From: Octopus sinensis
Lineage: Eukaryota
Direction: 5' to 3'
NCBI RefSeq assembly: GCF_006345805.1
Contig: NC_043001.1
Location: forward strand, 8,866,001 to 8,930,000
DNA: 64,000 bases
The position numbers and the translations under genes are program-made. The notes beneath the pieces are model-generated. The model saw only the letters and a list, made by a program, of their open reading frames with translations, did no database searches and had not been told where the DNA came from. Shown here piece by piece: positions 25,777 through 38,380 of this stretch (position 1 is the stretch's first letter; every line of letters begins with the position of its first letter).

Positions 25777-26529
25777 TTAATTGTTTGTCGTAGACCCGTT
25801 AAGAAGTGGCCTGTATTTTGCAATAAAGAGAGTTTCTTTACTTATTCGTTGTCTCGAGGTTGTATCGTCCCTAAATTGGTAGAGGGGGAAAATCCTGAAG
25901 CTTGGTGTTTTTTTGTTGGCGCAAGTATCTATGTGTTGGCTAAAAGCTATTTTTCTGTTTTGGGGAATTTTTATCTGGGATCTGTGCAGGGCCATTCGTT
26001 TACGCAAACTATTTTTTGTTTGGCCTATGTACTGCTCTTGACACCCGGAGCAGGTTAGTGAGTATATTAGGTTCTCCGAAGCACATGTGAAGTTGCTTTT
26101 CACTGTAAACCGTTGTGCCTGTTTGAAGGAGAACTCTGATCCCTCAATTAGATAGTCGCATATCCCGCAATTGGGTCTTCCACATTCTTTTACTGTCGGC
26201 TTTTGTGTTGAAGAGTGAATTCGGGCTTGTGTTAGGAGACTTTTCATGGATTTAGGCTGTCTCTTGCTTTTTATGATCGTGTGTGTTTGGAGGATTGTGT
26301 TCATTCTGTGGTCTTTTTTTAGGAGGGGTATGTTGTGGAGGATGGTGCCGAAGGCTTCGTTATTGAGAGGGTTGTGTGTGGAGATGTATGGTAAGGCTTT
26401 TGGTTGTAAGTTTTTCTTTGATTTGGGATGTCTCAGTTCCTTGATGTTAAGTTGAAGGGCACGTTGAAGGGCACGTTGAATGCACTTGTCAATAAGTGAA
26501 GGTGGATAGTTCCTGGTGATAAGGGTATC
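25777..26529 (-). CDS. Penelope-like RT C-terminus, Cys linker and GIY-YIG endonuclease (partial)
   Basis: Frame open from DTLITRNYPPSLIDKCI through CGRPNCGIC, NLIYSLTCSGCQEQYIGQT, R…H and E…I…P.LN. Confidence 0.92.
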   Translation of the reverse strand, partial: DTLITRNYPPSLIDKCIQRALQRALQLNIKELRHPKSKKNLQPKALPYISTHNPLNNEAFGTILHNIPLLKKDHRMNTILQTHTIIKSKRQPKSMKSLLTQARIHSSTQKPTVKECGRPNCGICDYLIEGSEFSFKQAQRFTVKSNFTCASENLIYSLTCSGCQEQYIGQTKNSLRKRMALHRSQIKIPQNRKIAFSQHIDTCANKKTPSFRIFPLYQFRDDTTSRQRISKETLFIAKYRPLLNGSTTNN

Positions 26530-26699
26530 TTACACGACTACAAGAACTAAAAGATACCCTTATCACCAGGAACTATCCACCTTCACTTATTGACAAGTAT
26601 AATAAAGTATAATTGTCGTTGATTGCTGTTCTTGGACTCTACATTTAGCAGGTCAGCTGATATGGTAAGGACCCAACCTCAATATTCTATTGTTTAGAT

Positions 26700-27012
26700 C
26701 AGGTAGCCTAGTGGTTCCGCTATTTCGCTCGCGATCGTAAGGTTTTGAGTTTGATATCAGGAGTTCGATAACTTCGATAAAACACTTTATTTCACATTGC
26801 ACCCGTCAACTCAAATGGCAAAAGTGAGCATCATCTGTACTTCAAATGGCCACCGTTGGCAGATTGTGTGTCACACTGAATATTTCTAAGAACTACGTGA
26901 AGCGTTCGCGTACTTGTAGTGTGCTCAGCCACTTTCACGTTAATTTTATATGCAGGATGTTCCGTTGATCGCCTCAACTGGAACCTGTATCGTCGTGACC
27001 GACGGAGCACCA
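26700..27012 (+). mobile_element. tRNA SINE, same architecture as 8615-8932
   Basis: tagcctagtggt A box, acactttatttcac, and family-B tail. Confidence 0.7.
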
Positions 27013-27460
27013 GTGTAGTTAGTTTGGTTTACTGATCTGTATTCAATCCAAGTATTTTAACTCCTTCCAAAAGTATTCGTAGAGTTTCTTTTAATTATTC
27101 TATTTGCATCTCATTTATAAACCTATGATAATTAAATAACTTTTATTGAATTCCAGCAATGAATTTTAGCAATGTTCCGTTTGTCTTATTAATTTACGAT
27201 ATTTTTTTCTTTTTTAATGAGTTTGAAGGATTTGTTACATCACATGTTTCACAAAAACAGGATTATATATATTTGAGATACGGAAAATTTAATCCAGTCG
27301 GCAATGAGTATTCAAAGATGAAGTCGAGTGGTGAGAAGCAATAGTGGATCTCTTGCCAATAAAATCACTATAGTAGAAAATTAAATGATGTGGATGCGTT
27401 TAATTTCCCACCAGCCCCATTAGCTCAGTCCAGCTGAACTTCTCAGAATTGCTTATATAT

Positions 27461-27497
<37 letters not shown>

Positions 27498-27624
27498 CTT
27501 TATACATCTATCCTTATATGTCTATGTATATATTTCAATCTAAGTCGCACCCTTTACTTACAAACATACGCCCACACACATATATACATATATACATATA
27601 CATGTATATGTATATATGTACATG

Positions 27625-27705
<81 letters not shown>

Positions 27706-27875
27706 TATATATATATACATGCATATATACACGCGCACGCACGTGTAGAGTGAGAGAGGAACAGAGGAGAAAACGAGAGAATCAGTGCAATGTTTTGTAA
27801 TTTTATACGCATACACACCTACATGCATACATACATGGTTACTTACGTACATACACATATAATACAAGTACATAC

Positions 27876-28002
27876 AAGAATCTTCACAAAGGCAACCTTC
27901 GTTCTTGAAAGCCGCAAAACCCACGCCAGCGTCTTAACACGAGATAAAATATTTAGAGTGAAAAGAAATGCTTGCAAGACGTTACGTTGCGTGAAAAGAA
28001 CA
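27876..28002 (-). CDS. GREB1-like exon ([31 protein letters not shown]...)
   Basis: Pyrimidine tract plus ttaacag| acceptor, |gtatgt donor. Phase 2 start matches the upstream exon end. Confidence 0.55.
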
Positions 28003-28477
28003 CTGTTAATGAAGTAGACATCATAAAGAAATCCAGATTTGTTTCACACTTTGTGCACCATTTCTATTTATTTTATATGACGTTCGCCTCTCTTTCTTAG
28101 AAAATATGTAAATCAGCCGATCTGAATATATTACTTGTAATTTCAGAGAAGCCGGCATAATGAATGCAAAAATCGATCGGTTCAATAATCGGAGATGCTT
28201 AACGCTATCTAAGCATTGTCTCTTACGTTTACGAGTTGCAATCCCGGTGGGGGTAAAATCTACCTTTCATCCGAATGATGTTGAGGAATTAATACCTATC
28301 GTATACAGTGTTTGAATATAACTACGTCATCAACAATACATTACTGTTTAATTTGGAGTGATAACGCCAAGCAGTGATGTGTGTATGTATACAAGATTGT
28401 TACAAGTTCAAATATGCCTGAGGCATGTTCAGACCCGCAAGAAAGCCATTCACCGTATCTTGTTATTTTTATTTTAT

Positions 28478-28785
28478 TTTATGCGCCCTTTTCAAGCCTA
28501 GCAAGGCTCACGGGCCCGGTTTCCCGGTTTCTGTAGCGTATGTGTCCCCCCCCCAGCTAGACGGGACGCCAGTCCATCGCAGTGTTACTCAAGAAACAGG
28601 AAGAGAGAGTGAGAGAAAGTTTGGGCGAACGAGTACAACAGGGATCGCCACAAGCCCCTGCCGGAGTGTCGTGGAGCTTTTAGGTGTTTTCGCTCAATAA
28701 ACACACAATTCCCGGTTTTGGTATCGAAACCGCGATCTTCCGATCGCGAATCCGCTGCGCTAACCACTGGGCAATTGCGCCTCCA
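28478..28785 (-). mobile_element. SINE family B head and middle with gcgatggactggcgtcccgtc tail
   Basis: Head ggaggcgcaattgcccagtggttagcgcagcgga; A-rich tail. Confidence 0.8.
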
Positions 28786-28984
28786 CATATTTTGTTATGG
28801 AGAAAATTTTTCCACTGAAGACAAAAGGGTGTAAATACGCCGAGTAAGCTCAAAACGGCACCCAGCCAGACGATGGGATGTTTGTAATTTTTAGTGGTTA
28901 TTTCCCCTGCAACCACAGTGATTTGAATGCGAGACGCTGAGAACAGACACGAGAGATAGGAAAGTATTATTATATTGCTTGCAT

Positions 28985-29385
28985 CGCTGGCAAAACCGTT
29001 AGCCCTCCGGGCAAAATGCTTAGCGGTATTTCGTCCGCCGCTACGTTCTGCGTTCAAATTCCACCGAGGTCGACTTTGCCACTCATCGTTTCGGGATCGA
29101 TAAATAAAGTACCAGTTACACACTGGGGTCGATGTAATCGGCTTAATCCGTTTGTCTGTCCTTGTTTGTCCCCTCTGTGTTTAGCCCCTTGTGGGCAATA
29201 AACAAATACGTATTTCGTCTACCGCTACGTTCTCTGAGTTCAAATTTCGCCGAGGTCGACCTGGCTTCTCATCCTTTCGGGATCGATTAAATAAGTACCA
29301 GTTATGCACTGGAGTCGATGTCATCGACTTACCGCCTCCCCGCAAATCTCAGGCCGTGTGCCTATAATAGAATTATTATATTCCC
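28985..29385 (+). mobile_element. SINE family A dimer
   Basis: Second unit starts at gtatttcgtct (about 29210). Confidence 0.85.
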
Positions 29386-29585
29386 GTCGTCGTTCAATGA
29401 CTGATCGCATTATTCAGCAATTCGATGGTATCTGTGGCTGGAGAAGAGATAATGACTATGATATGCTTGCATCGTAAAACCTGGCTCCAGTGTTCTGTGA
29501 GCTGATTCGGTTTATACAACGAATGCTGTTCTTACGTGTTCGAATAAAATGGAAGTCTATTTAAATGGGTAACAAGTTTGTATTA

Positions 29586-29864
29586 TGTAGTAAAGATTGC
29601 TTGCCACAATAACACGGTAGTCCTTGTTTAGGACTAATGTTGCTGTAATTTAGCCACAGGAGACATCGTCTCCAGTTGGCTATACGATACGATCTGTGTC
29701 CTTATATTTTCGAACAATGGAATCTAGCAACATGTTCGAAAATATAAGGACACAGATCGTGTCGTATAGGCAGCTGGAGACGATGTCTCCTGGGGCTAAA
29801 TTACAGCAACATTAGTCCTAAAACTAGGACTGCCATGTTAAGTTGGCAAACAATCTTTACTACA
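29586..29864. mobile_element. Fold-back/MITE-like hairpin (about 131-bp arms, 16-nt spacer)
   Basis: tgtagtaaagattg…ttcgaaca / tgttcgaa…caatctttactaca, nearly complementary. Confidence 0.85.
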
Positions 29865-30049
29865 AAGTACTGTTGCTGAATATCTCACGTTGTGAGATTT
29901 AAAAATAGTAAATTTCTTAAGTTTGCATTAGCATTCAAATGTTACTAAGGCAGCGGGCTACCAGAATCGTCAACACGTTGGGTAAAATGCTTAGCTACAT
30001 ACTGTCTGACTATTCGTGCACTAGTAACGATTCTAATAGTTTGCTCCTC

Positions 30050-30102
<53 letters not shown>

Positions 30103-30142
30103 CAGCAGCAGCAGCAGCAGTAGTAGCAGCAGCAGCAGTAGC

Positions 30143-30191
<49 letters not shown>

Positions 30192-30489
30192 ACATCAACA
30201 ATAGCAACAACAAGAACAATATTAATAATAATAGGTTCAAATCTTACCTCAAGGGCAGCCGCTTTGAGTGGGACATGTGCCGAGTACATCGATCCCAGCG
30301 TTCAACTGGTACTTAATCTTTCAACCCCGAAATGTTGAGAGGTGATGTTGAACATAGAACTGAGCAGCAGATGAAATACCGCAGAGCATTTCGCCCGGCC
30401 TGCTAACGACTCAGCCTACTCACCGGTTGTCTGTAGCTGCCTAGTCGTGGCTAGTAAGGTATATATTCACAGACATGACAGAGTCGGGA

Positions 30490-31051
30490 CTTATATAAAC
30501 TGGAAGCTATGCTAATACAGTGGAATAACAACAGAAAAGAATGGTATAAGCACACAGCATAAAAGGTCACAGAAAAGGAGAAAGCATCCATACCCTGGGA
30601 TATGCCAATTCGCACAGTAAGAGAAATTAAGGCTAATAGACCGGATATTGTTGTCAGAGATCACTAAGTAAAAGAGCTTTCTAATTGATGTATCCATACC
30701 AACAGATGACAATTTTGCTGTAAAAGAAATGGAGAGTCTTCCAAAATTGAAAATAAGAAAAGAGAAATAGAAGTAACTGAAATGTGGAATCTAAAAACAG
30801 AAACAATTCCTATCATATTAGGCGCATTAGATGTGATAAAAAATATTCAGACAAATACATAACAAAAGCACCAAGACTTACAAATATATATAACATACAG
30901 AAAATAGCACAACTAGGCACCACACAGGTCCTACGTAAAACACTTTCTACACAGGGAAAATAAGCGCACCACAACAAACTACAGCACACACCCATTGCGC
31001 CCAGAGCTGTGCTCGGTGGTGCAGTGAAAGCCCGAGATGAAAATAAGACTA

Positions 31052-31055
<4 letters not shown>
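30490..31055 (+). mobile_element. R4/Dong-clade LINE 3' end followed by (AAT)n
   Basis: RPDIVVRD, FLIDVSIPTDDN, MWNLKTETIPI and IQKIAQLGT RLE motifs. Confidence 0.85.
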
Positions 31056-31107
<52 letters not shown>

Positions 31108-31152
31108 CAACAATAACAACAACAACGACAACGACGACGACGACGATGATGA

Positions 31153-31186
<34 letters not shown>

Positions 31187-31342
31187 GGTGGTGATGATGG
31201 TGATGGTGATGATGATGATGATGATGGTGATGGTGATGATGACGATGATGATGATGATGATGATGATAATGATGATAATGATGGTGATGATGATGATGAT
31301 GATAATGAGATCAAGAAGAAGAAGAAGAAGAAGAAGAAGAAG

Positions 31343-31379
<37 letters not shown>

Positions 31380-31704
31380 GTAACAAGTATTGCATCTCCT
31401 TTCCTTTCCATTTCCATGAATGGAGGTCCATTTGTATCTTTCATTTTATCTCAGATGTCTGTATGACACCTTAATACAACCAGTGTCTTGCTGCGATGAC
31501 CACAGATTGGAAGTAAGAAACGATTGTCCTACAGCGTGGATGATATGTGACTTCGAGACTTCAACTCAGCACTCTGTTCTTTCCGATTAAACAGGTGACC
31601 CAATTCAGAGCTGTTTCTGGCTGTGTAGCAAGTTGTCTTCTATAATACAATCCTACATTCTTCTCTGAAAATTTGCTATTCAGATTAACACGTCAAATGT
31701 GTAC

Positions 31705-31905
31705 TTGATGGCACTTCCATCGATTCCATTGTTCCAATGTTTCTCGTTCAAACACAGAGGCAACACACACCAATCAATACTTCCATCAAAATAACTCCAA
31801 ATGTTATATTCCTGGAATGGTTTCTCACAGTCAATATTGAAATATATTATCCAATATATCTTTCTCTTTTCAAGTTGGAAGAATAATGATTTCAGGGACA
31901 TTTAG
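31705..31905 (-). pseudogene. GREB1-like exon with frameshift (LNVPEIIILPT / ...DGSIDWCVLPLCLNEKHWNNGIDGSAI)
   Basis: gacag| acceptor in phase 0 matches the upstream donor; AA|gtacac donor. The 201-nt length does not fit the phases, implying a 1-2 nt indel. Confidence 0.55.
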
Positions 31906-32344
31906 CTGTCATTTTGTTCGCCTCGAAATTTTACAAAGGGAATATCTCGGCGGCTCATTTTCAAATAGTAATTACATGTTTCCAATAAATAGATATCCGG
32001 CTTTTGTTTTAAAACTTCAATGCAAATTGTAACACATCGTCGTCCAGCATATTTCATGAACATATCAAACCATAAACCCACCCAACCCCACCCCCACACA
32101 CACACACATGAATGTGATTATTGGCTATACAGCCATACTACTGTACCATGGAAAGTGCATTCAATTATCATTGGAAGGAAATAGGTTCAATAATGAAAAT
32201 TAGCACTTATAACTTATGCTACTATTACGCCTGTCAAATTACATGTGCACCATTTCATTCAAAGTCAAATATTTATGCATATAATATGTTTGCGTACCGT
32301 ATATGAAATGCATATATTGAGCTTCGTTGAAAAGTAGGTTGATA

Positions 32345-32419
<75 letters not shown>

Positions 32420-32429
32420 ATGCATATGA

Positions 32430-32461
<32 letters not shown>

Positions 32462-32490
32462 CATATATAAATATATATATATATACATAT

Positions 32491-32534
<44 letters not shown>

Positions 32535-32574
32535 GCATATGTAAATATATATATATATATATATATGTATAATT

Positions 32575-32608
<34 letters not shown>

Positions 32609-32768
32609 ATATAATATGCATATACAGAGAGTACAGCAGAAAGAGTTAAATTAATCTGTCATTCAATGAATTGCAACGTGACTGTTTGCTTACATATCTT
32701 TATATACATGTATAAGTAAATAAATATACACACATTTGTATGTACATATGTATACATACATACATATA

Positions 32769-32826
<58 letters not shown>

Positions 32827-33562
32827 GGGAGAGAGGCATATATTGACACATATTGACACAACATATAATATATATATATATATATACAGGGAGAGAGGCA
32901 TATATTGACACATGCATATATTCGGAATAAGCGTAGCCAATGATGAATCAACGCCTAGAAAGCAATACGAATCTGTAATGCAGTTTGATTCTCTTGCACC
33001 GGTTTTGCCTTCTTCGTGGTCTATATCTTATGGCATCCTTTGTTCAAACGCTGAATTGCAAGGAAATGGTGCCAGTGCTGGCACGATTGAAACTCTTCCA
33101 TATGAAACGAGAACGCATAACCTATTGTGACGCCGTTATAAACGGGCAACTTAATAACGGATAATATTTTCTCTTTGACCTTAAGTATGTTCTATCAAGC
33201 TAGAATTGCGTTTGAGTTTACCCTGAATGTCAAGCAAAGCCTAGAAGAGAAAGAACAACTCACTGAAGTGGTCACCGATAGCGACGAAGGAACAGTGAGT
33301 AATAAACGATTGATTGATTGATTGAGTGATTGATTGATTGATTATTTAACCAGGACGTTATACAATTAACCAATCCGTAAATTGTTTAGACATGTAAACA
33401 ACTGACTAACAAGAAGGGATAGATATTGAACCAGTGCAGGTGTAAGTATTATTATTATTATTATTATTATTACTATATTTGCTCCGGAGTACATCGGACG
33501 TGTTATCGAACGCTTTAAAAAATATTATTTGCACCCGTTTGGTACTGTTTTTTTCGGCTTAC

Positions 33563-33756
33563 ATTTTGTTCCATGTTGGGTTTCTGTGTTTGTTTGGCCC
33601 CGTCCTGCGCTATATTCGCCCACTCTCCAAATAAGTTCGATGGGTGTTCAATCATAAAATTCAACAAGATGGTGAAGCCCATCTTGAAAGAGTTAAGAAA
33701 AAAATCTGCCGCTCCTGCAGGTTTGTTGACTACCAAAGATGTCCTTCTTTTTTCTT
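33563..33756 (-). CDS. GREB1-like exon (…AADFFLNSFKMGFTILLNFMIEHPSNLFGEWANIAQDGAKQTQKPNMEQN)
   Basis: Long pyrimidine tract before the acceptor, AAT|gtaagc donor, open frame, phase 1-0. Confidence 0.7.
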
Positions 33757-34164
33757 CTTTTACAGGCAACAATACAGGAGAAAGGAGCGGAGAAAACAGA
33801 GAGTAAATGTGCAAAGTTCACCTAGCAGTAGCAGTAGTACTAGTCGTTGTAGTGGTGGTAGTGGTGGTGGCAGTAGTAGTAGTAGTGGCAGTAGTAGCAG
33901 CAGCAGTAGTTGTAGTTGTAGCATTAGTAGCAGGATGTGTGGGTTCCCTGTTTGGCCTTGGGTGGGATTCCTCTCTATTAGAAAATTTTCTTTCACTGTT
34001 TTTGTTTACACGTTTTCTGATTTAAACCCCACCCATTTGTCCCTTGTCCTTTAATACTCCTGTATGTTTCTGTTTTCGCCTCTTGTGGCCAATAAATAAA
34101 GCATTATTATTGCTGTTGTTATTATTGTTGTTGTTGTTGTTGTTGTTGTTATCATCATCATCAC

Positions 34165-34216
<52 letters not shown>

Positions 34217-34519
34217 ATTATTATTATTATTATTATTGAGTGAGAGAGCAGGTCATGCCATCAAAGTGACACTGGGGTAAAATACACGAAGCGCACTATA
34301 CCCATCATGACCACCCATTTGATCAGGGTACACCAGGCACATGTACCACGACTATATGTGCGCCACATGGTGATATTGTATCAAGATAAACATGCGCATG
34401 ACCTTGCATGTGTCCCCAGTTAGAATATTCTTTATTATGTAACCTTTCGTTCCAGTTTTTAAGACAGATTTCGATTCTAACGGCATTTCGTCACTATTTC
34501 TCGCTGATCGAGAAACCGT

Positions 34520-34727
34520 AGTAGAAGTAGTAGTAGTAGTAGTAGCGGTGGTGGTGGTGGTCGTGGTAGTAGTAGTGGTGGTGATGGTAGTGTTGGTGGT
34601 GGTGGTAGTATTAGTAGTCGTGGTAGTATTACTGGTGGTGTTGATGATGATGCTGGTAGCAGTAGTAGTGGTGATGGTACTGGTGGCGGTGGTGGTTGTA
34701 GTTGTCGTAGTAGTAGCAGCAGTAGCA

Positions 34728-34771
<44 letters not shown>

Positions 34772-35018
34772 AGTAGTAGTAGTAGTAGTAGTAGCAGTAG
34801 TAGCGGTGGTGGTGGTGGTGGTGTTGGTAGTAGTAGTAGTAGTAGTAGTAGTAGCAGTAGTAGCGGTGATGGTGGTGGTGGTGTTGGTAGTAGTAGTGGT
34901 GGTGATGGTAGTGTTGGCGGTGGCGGTAGTATTAGTAGTCGTGGTAGTATTACTGGTGGTGTTGATGATGCTGCTGGTAGCAGTAGTAGTGGTGATGGTA
35001 GTGGTCGCGGTGGTGGTT

Positions 35019-35049
<31 letters not shown>

Positions 35050-35091
35050 CAGCAGTAGCAGTCGTCGTCGTAGCAGTAGTAGTAGTAGTAG

Positions 35092-35125
<34 letters not shown>
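34520..35125 (+). repeat. Compound (GTA/GTG/GTC/GTT)n tract with internal duplication of about 200 bp
   Basis: gtattagtagtcgtggtagtattactggtggtgttgatgatg occurs at about 34607 and 34928. Confidence 0.85.
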
Positions 35126-35394
35126 AATATATATTCTAAGTTCCTTGAATATAAACCTTGAAATATTAAATTATAGGAAAAAAAAGATAATGTGGAGATA
35201 TCGACGCTGATAAAACATAGATTTGTATCGAAGTAAAAGTAAAATGTTTTTATTCAACTTTGCTTCCAGCCGACACACACTGAGAGGCGCTCAACAGCCT
35301 TCGCCACGTTTAATGGAGAAAGAAAACAAAAAAAGAAAAGAAAGAACGGGAAGAAAAAAAAGTGATAAAGAAGAACGAGGCTTCTTGGAGAGAC

Positions 35395-35710
35395 TTGAAA
35401 ATCAATAAAATACATAGTATATAAATTTTCCAGTTGATGTGGCTGCTCAATGCTATTGAGGATTACGATGGCACTAAAATATCTCGTAAAAGAAGCAGTT
35501 TGAGGACAATATAGAGTAGAAATTGAGCTTGATTGCCAACAAATGAAATCGGAAGCCCATGTAGTAGCTAAAATGACTATAAAAATAGCAAACATAATAT
35601 CGATGAAATGGAATTCACCAAAATGCGTGAAAAAATATGTTCTTTTATAGCCAGTACTTTCGTAAGTTCAGTGTTCCGCATATAGATAAGGAATCATCAT
35701 CGTCAATAAC
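35395..35710 (-). pseudogene. GREB1-like segment (…SSISTLYCPQTASFTRYFSAIVILNSIEQPHQLENLYTMYFIDFQ)
   Basis: Resembles VSPLLYTCYQNSQSVSRAY…EMQLLLTVYYLVQ (recalled). Candidate acceptor at 35567; no clean donor found; the upstream part is frameshifted. Confidence 0.6.
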
Positions 35711-36419
35711 AACAAACATGAAAGAAAACAATTCCCAACGCCATTTTGAATAGCAAAAAGCAAAAAAAAAATTAAATGATTCTATTTAGTATCAATTAAA
35801 AAAAAAAACAGACGAGAAAAATTTTGTATATCACACCAGAATTCGTTGTAGCTAGAGTTGCGATTAATGTTGAGGTGTCGATGGAGTGTACTGAGTTAGT
35901 TGTAGTAGTTGTTGCTGTAGTTATACTAATGAAGCTTGTTTCTGCCTTAATTAGTATCATTCTTATGAAAAAATATAAGAAATATAAACGAAATCGCTAT
36001 AGTGAAAGAGATACGAGAAATCATTGTTAATATAATTCTGTCGTTCCCGAGGCACCTATAAATTTGCTTCAATTTTTCTATGTTGTAAACTCGCGTTTTT
36101 TTGATATTTCTATCTACAGAGGTTATTGTCGCTATTGTTTTTATTAGTATTGTTAGCAGCGTTAGTATTATTATTAAGGTGGTGAGCTGGAATAATGGTT
36201 CACCTGTTGGATAATAATGCTTAGTGACGTTTCTTTACATGCTGAGTTCAAATTCCACCGTGGTCGATTTTTTATTTATTTATTTTCAACTTTGAAAGAC
36301 TAGTAAAATAAGAAAAAGTCAAGTACTGATGCCGATGTCTTCGATAAACCCCTCCCCTTTAATTACTAGCCCTCAGCCAATATTTAAAACCATTACTATT
36401 TTCATTATTACTATTCATA

Positions 36420-38380
36420 TGCGCACAATAGATTAGACTCTCGGAACAAAACAATTATTGCTAACATCGGGCTACAAGTAACTTAAAACGCCAAGAACCC
36501 TCCAAATTATTCTACCTGTCCCTAATCACATTGTTTTATGGAGCTGTACTAAACTGGGTTTATGCCTATTTCCTCTATCAATCATTAATATTATTTCTTC
36601 CGCCTTCGCTTAGGCGGAGGTTTTGTTTGTCCGTTGGATAAGATATTCTCAAGTACTGCCGGATCGATTTGGTTTAAACTTTCAGGGATGTTTGACCTCG
36701 TAACTGGCATGAATTGATTAGATTTTGGTTCAATCCAGTACAGGACATGGATTCTGGATTATTTTTCCTGTTTTTTATTTAATTTTTGAAGGCGGTCGGG
36801 TTCAATTTTATTATTCCCGTTTGTGAGAGTAATCGCGTTTATTTCAGATATTTTCATTTTAAAAATCATCTCTGAATAATCGTTGAGAGGACGTTGGTGT
36901 TGTCTTAGCAGAGGTTTGCACTATCTGAGCCCTCTTGTTATTATTATTTTCATATACACTCAACAGTTTAGACTGTTGGAAAAGAAAAGAATCCTTACAT
37001 CGGGCTACAACAAGTAGCCTTAAATGCCAAGCGCTCTCTTATTGAGTTACAGCAAGTAACCCTAGATGACAACAACCCTCCTAAGTATCCTAGTTGCTCC
37101 TATTAACACAGTTTTCTGCGGCTGTACTAAATTGGGTCTTATGCCTATTTCTTTTATCCATCAGTTGAGATCGTTAGGGATATGCACTTATACTACTAGT
37201 ATACATTTTACCCGCACTTTCCATAGTCTCATAGCTAGGTCCTGGTACTTTCATATTTTTTCTATACTTCTCATATCGATTGCTTCAACATTTTGGACTG
37301 TAAAGTCAATTATCTGGCACTTTCTCTTTTCTTTATCTACTACTAGTACTACTAGTATTACCACCACCACCACCAAATCAGGCCTTGTAGCTTCTTTTAC
37401 TCTGTCAGTCTGAATGTTAAATCCCACAACATCTTGTATTTCTTACTTTCTAGTACTTTACTAACTTCATGTTCATACCATTTATCAGCATTATCGAATC
37501 CTAGCTTTCAATATTATCTTTATCAACTTTTCAACTGTACACTCTGCATTTATTTCTTCGTAGAATCTCTTCTGATATACTCAGAATAACTTATTCTGCT
37601 GGTAACCCTTCGTTCTTTGGTCGTATCATACCATCTTTGCATTCTTTGCAACGAGGTGCTGTTTCAGTTTCCCCATTACCACTTTCAGACCCCTTTCTTT
37701 CAGTATTATACTTCCTGTTCAGTGCCTTGTATTTTTGGTCCATTTTAAGCTCTCCTTTCCTTTTCGGTCTAATACAGAAATGTCCTTCGAGAGCATATCT
37801 AACCCCGGCTGTATTTTTCTTTTCCACTATGGTTCTTTGCTTTTGTCCCTCCCATTATATTTCTTTTTCTTGGTATCAACACCCACATTTTCTGCTACAA
37901 CAATACTTGCCGCCTTAAACAAATTATTTGTTCCTGCGATGTTTTTTGTTCTGATGTATTTCAGAATTTCATTCACGTTCTTCGTTTCTTGGTTCAATTT
38001 CCACCGATCAACCTTTCTAAGTTTGCAAATAATGTCACTATCGTTCTCCTGTAGCCTTGCCTTTATTCTGTCACAAATTGCCTTTTGTCCATCTGTAATG
38101 TCACCATTAGTTATATTCTCTTCTTCCAAACCATCTATATGTCTCTCATCGAGCAAGCTATCACTGTTCCTTTCCTGTGGTTTATTAGCGATCTCACTTC
38201 TGTTTTCTGCTATCAGATTACTTCTATCAGTAGGTACAGTATTTTCATCGTCTCCTCTGCTGTTGTTTTCCAAGACCCATCTTTTGAGAGCTTCGAGCTT
38301 TACTTCTGTGAACCAACGATGTTTTTTCTTATTACTGTAGCTTGATCACATAATCTCTGTTCCGTGAGTTGAAACAACCC
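36420..38380 (-). mobile_element. Fragmented R4/Dong-clade LINE
   Basis: RLE tail (QKTVLIG, IDFTV, WDL), and a 5' region similar to 17200-17310 (KDGMIRPKN vs KDGKIRPKN). Confidence 0.75.
36597..36938 (+). mobile_element. Helentron-associated HINE/DINE-1-like element
   Basis: 5' cttccgcc..ggcggagg hairpin, 3' gcagagg subTIR plus hairpin and cttgtt, T-rich insertion site. Confidence 0.6.

Larger units (their letters stand above)
24955..26598 (-). mobile_element. 5'-truncated Penelope-like retroelement (Neptune-like) with 5' inversion
   Basis: GIY-YIG ORF, long 3' UTR with hammerhead, ends at (TA)n. Confidence 0.92.

Noticed and set aside
34548-35210. 220-aa poly-Val ORF and similar poly-Ser/Asn/Asp/Ile ORFs (29939, 31037, 17291)
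   Set aside because: Trinucleotide microsatellites with no splice or homology support.
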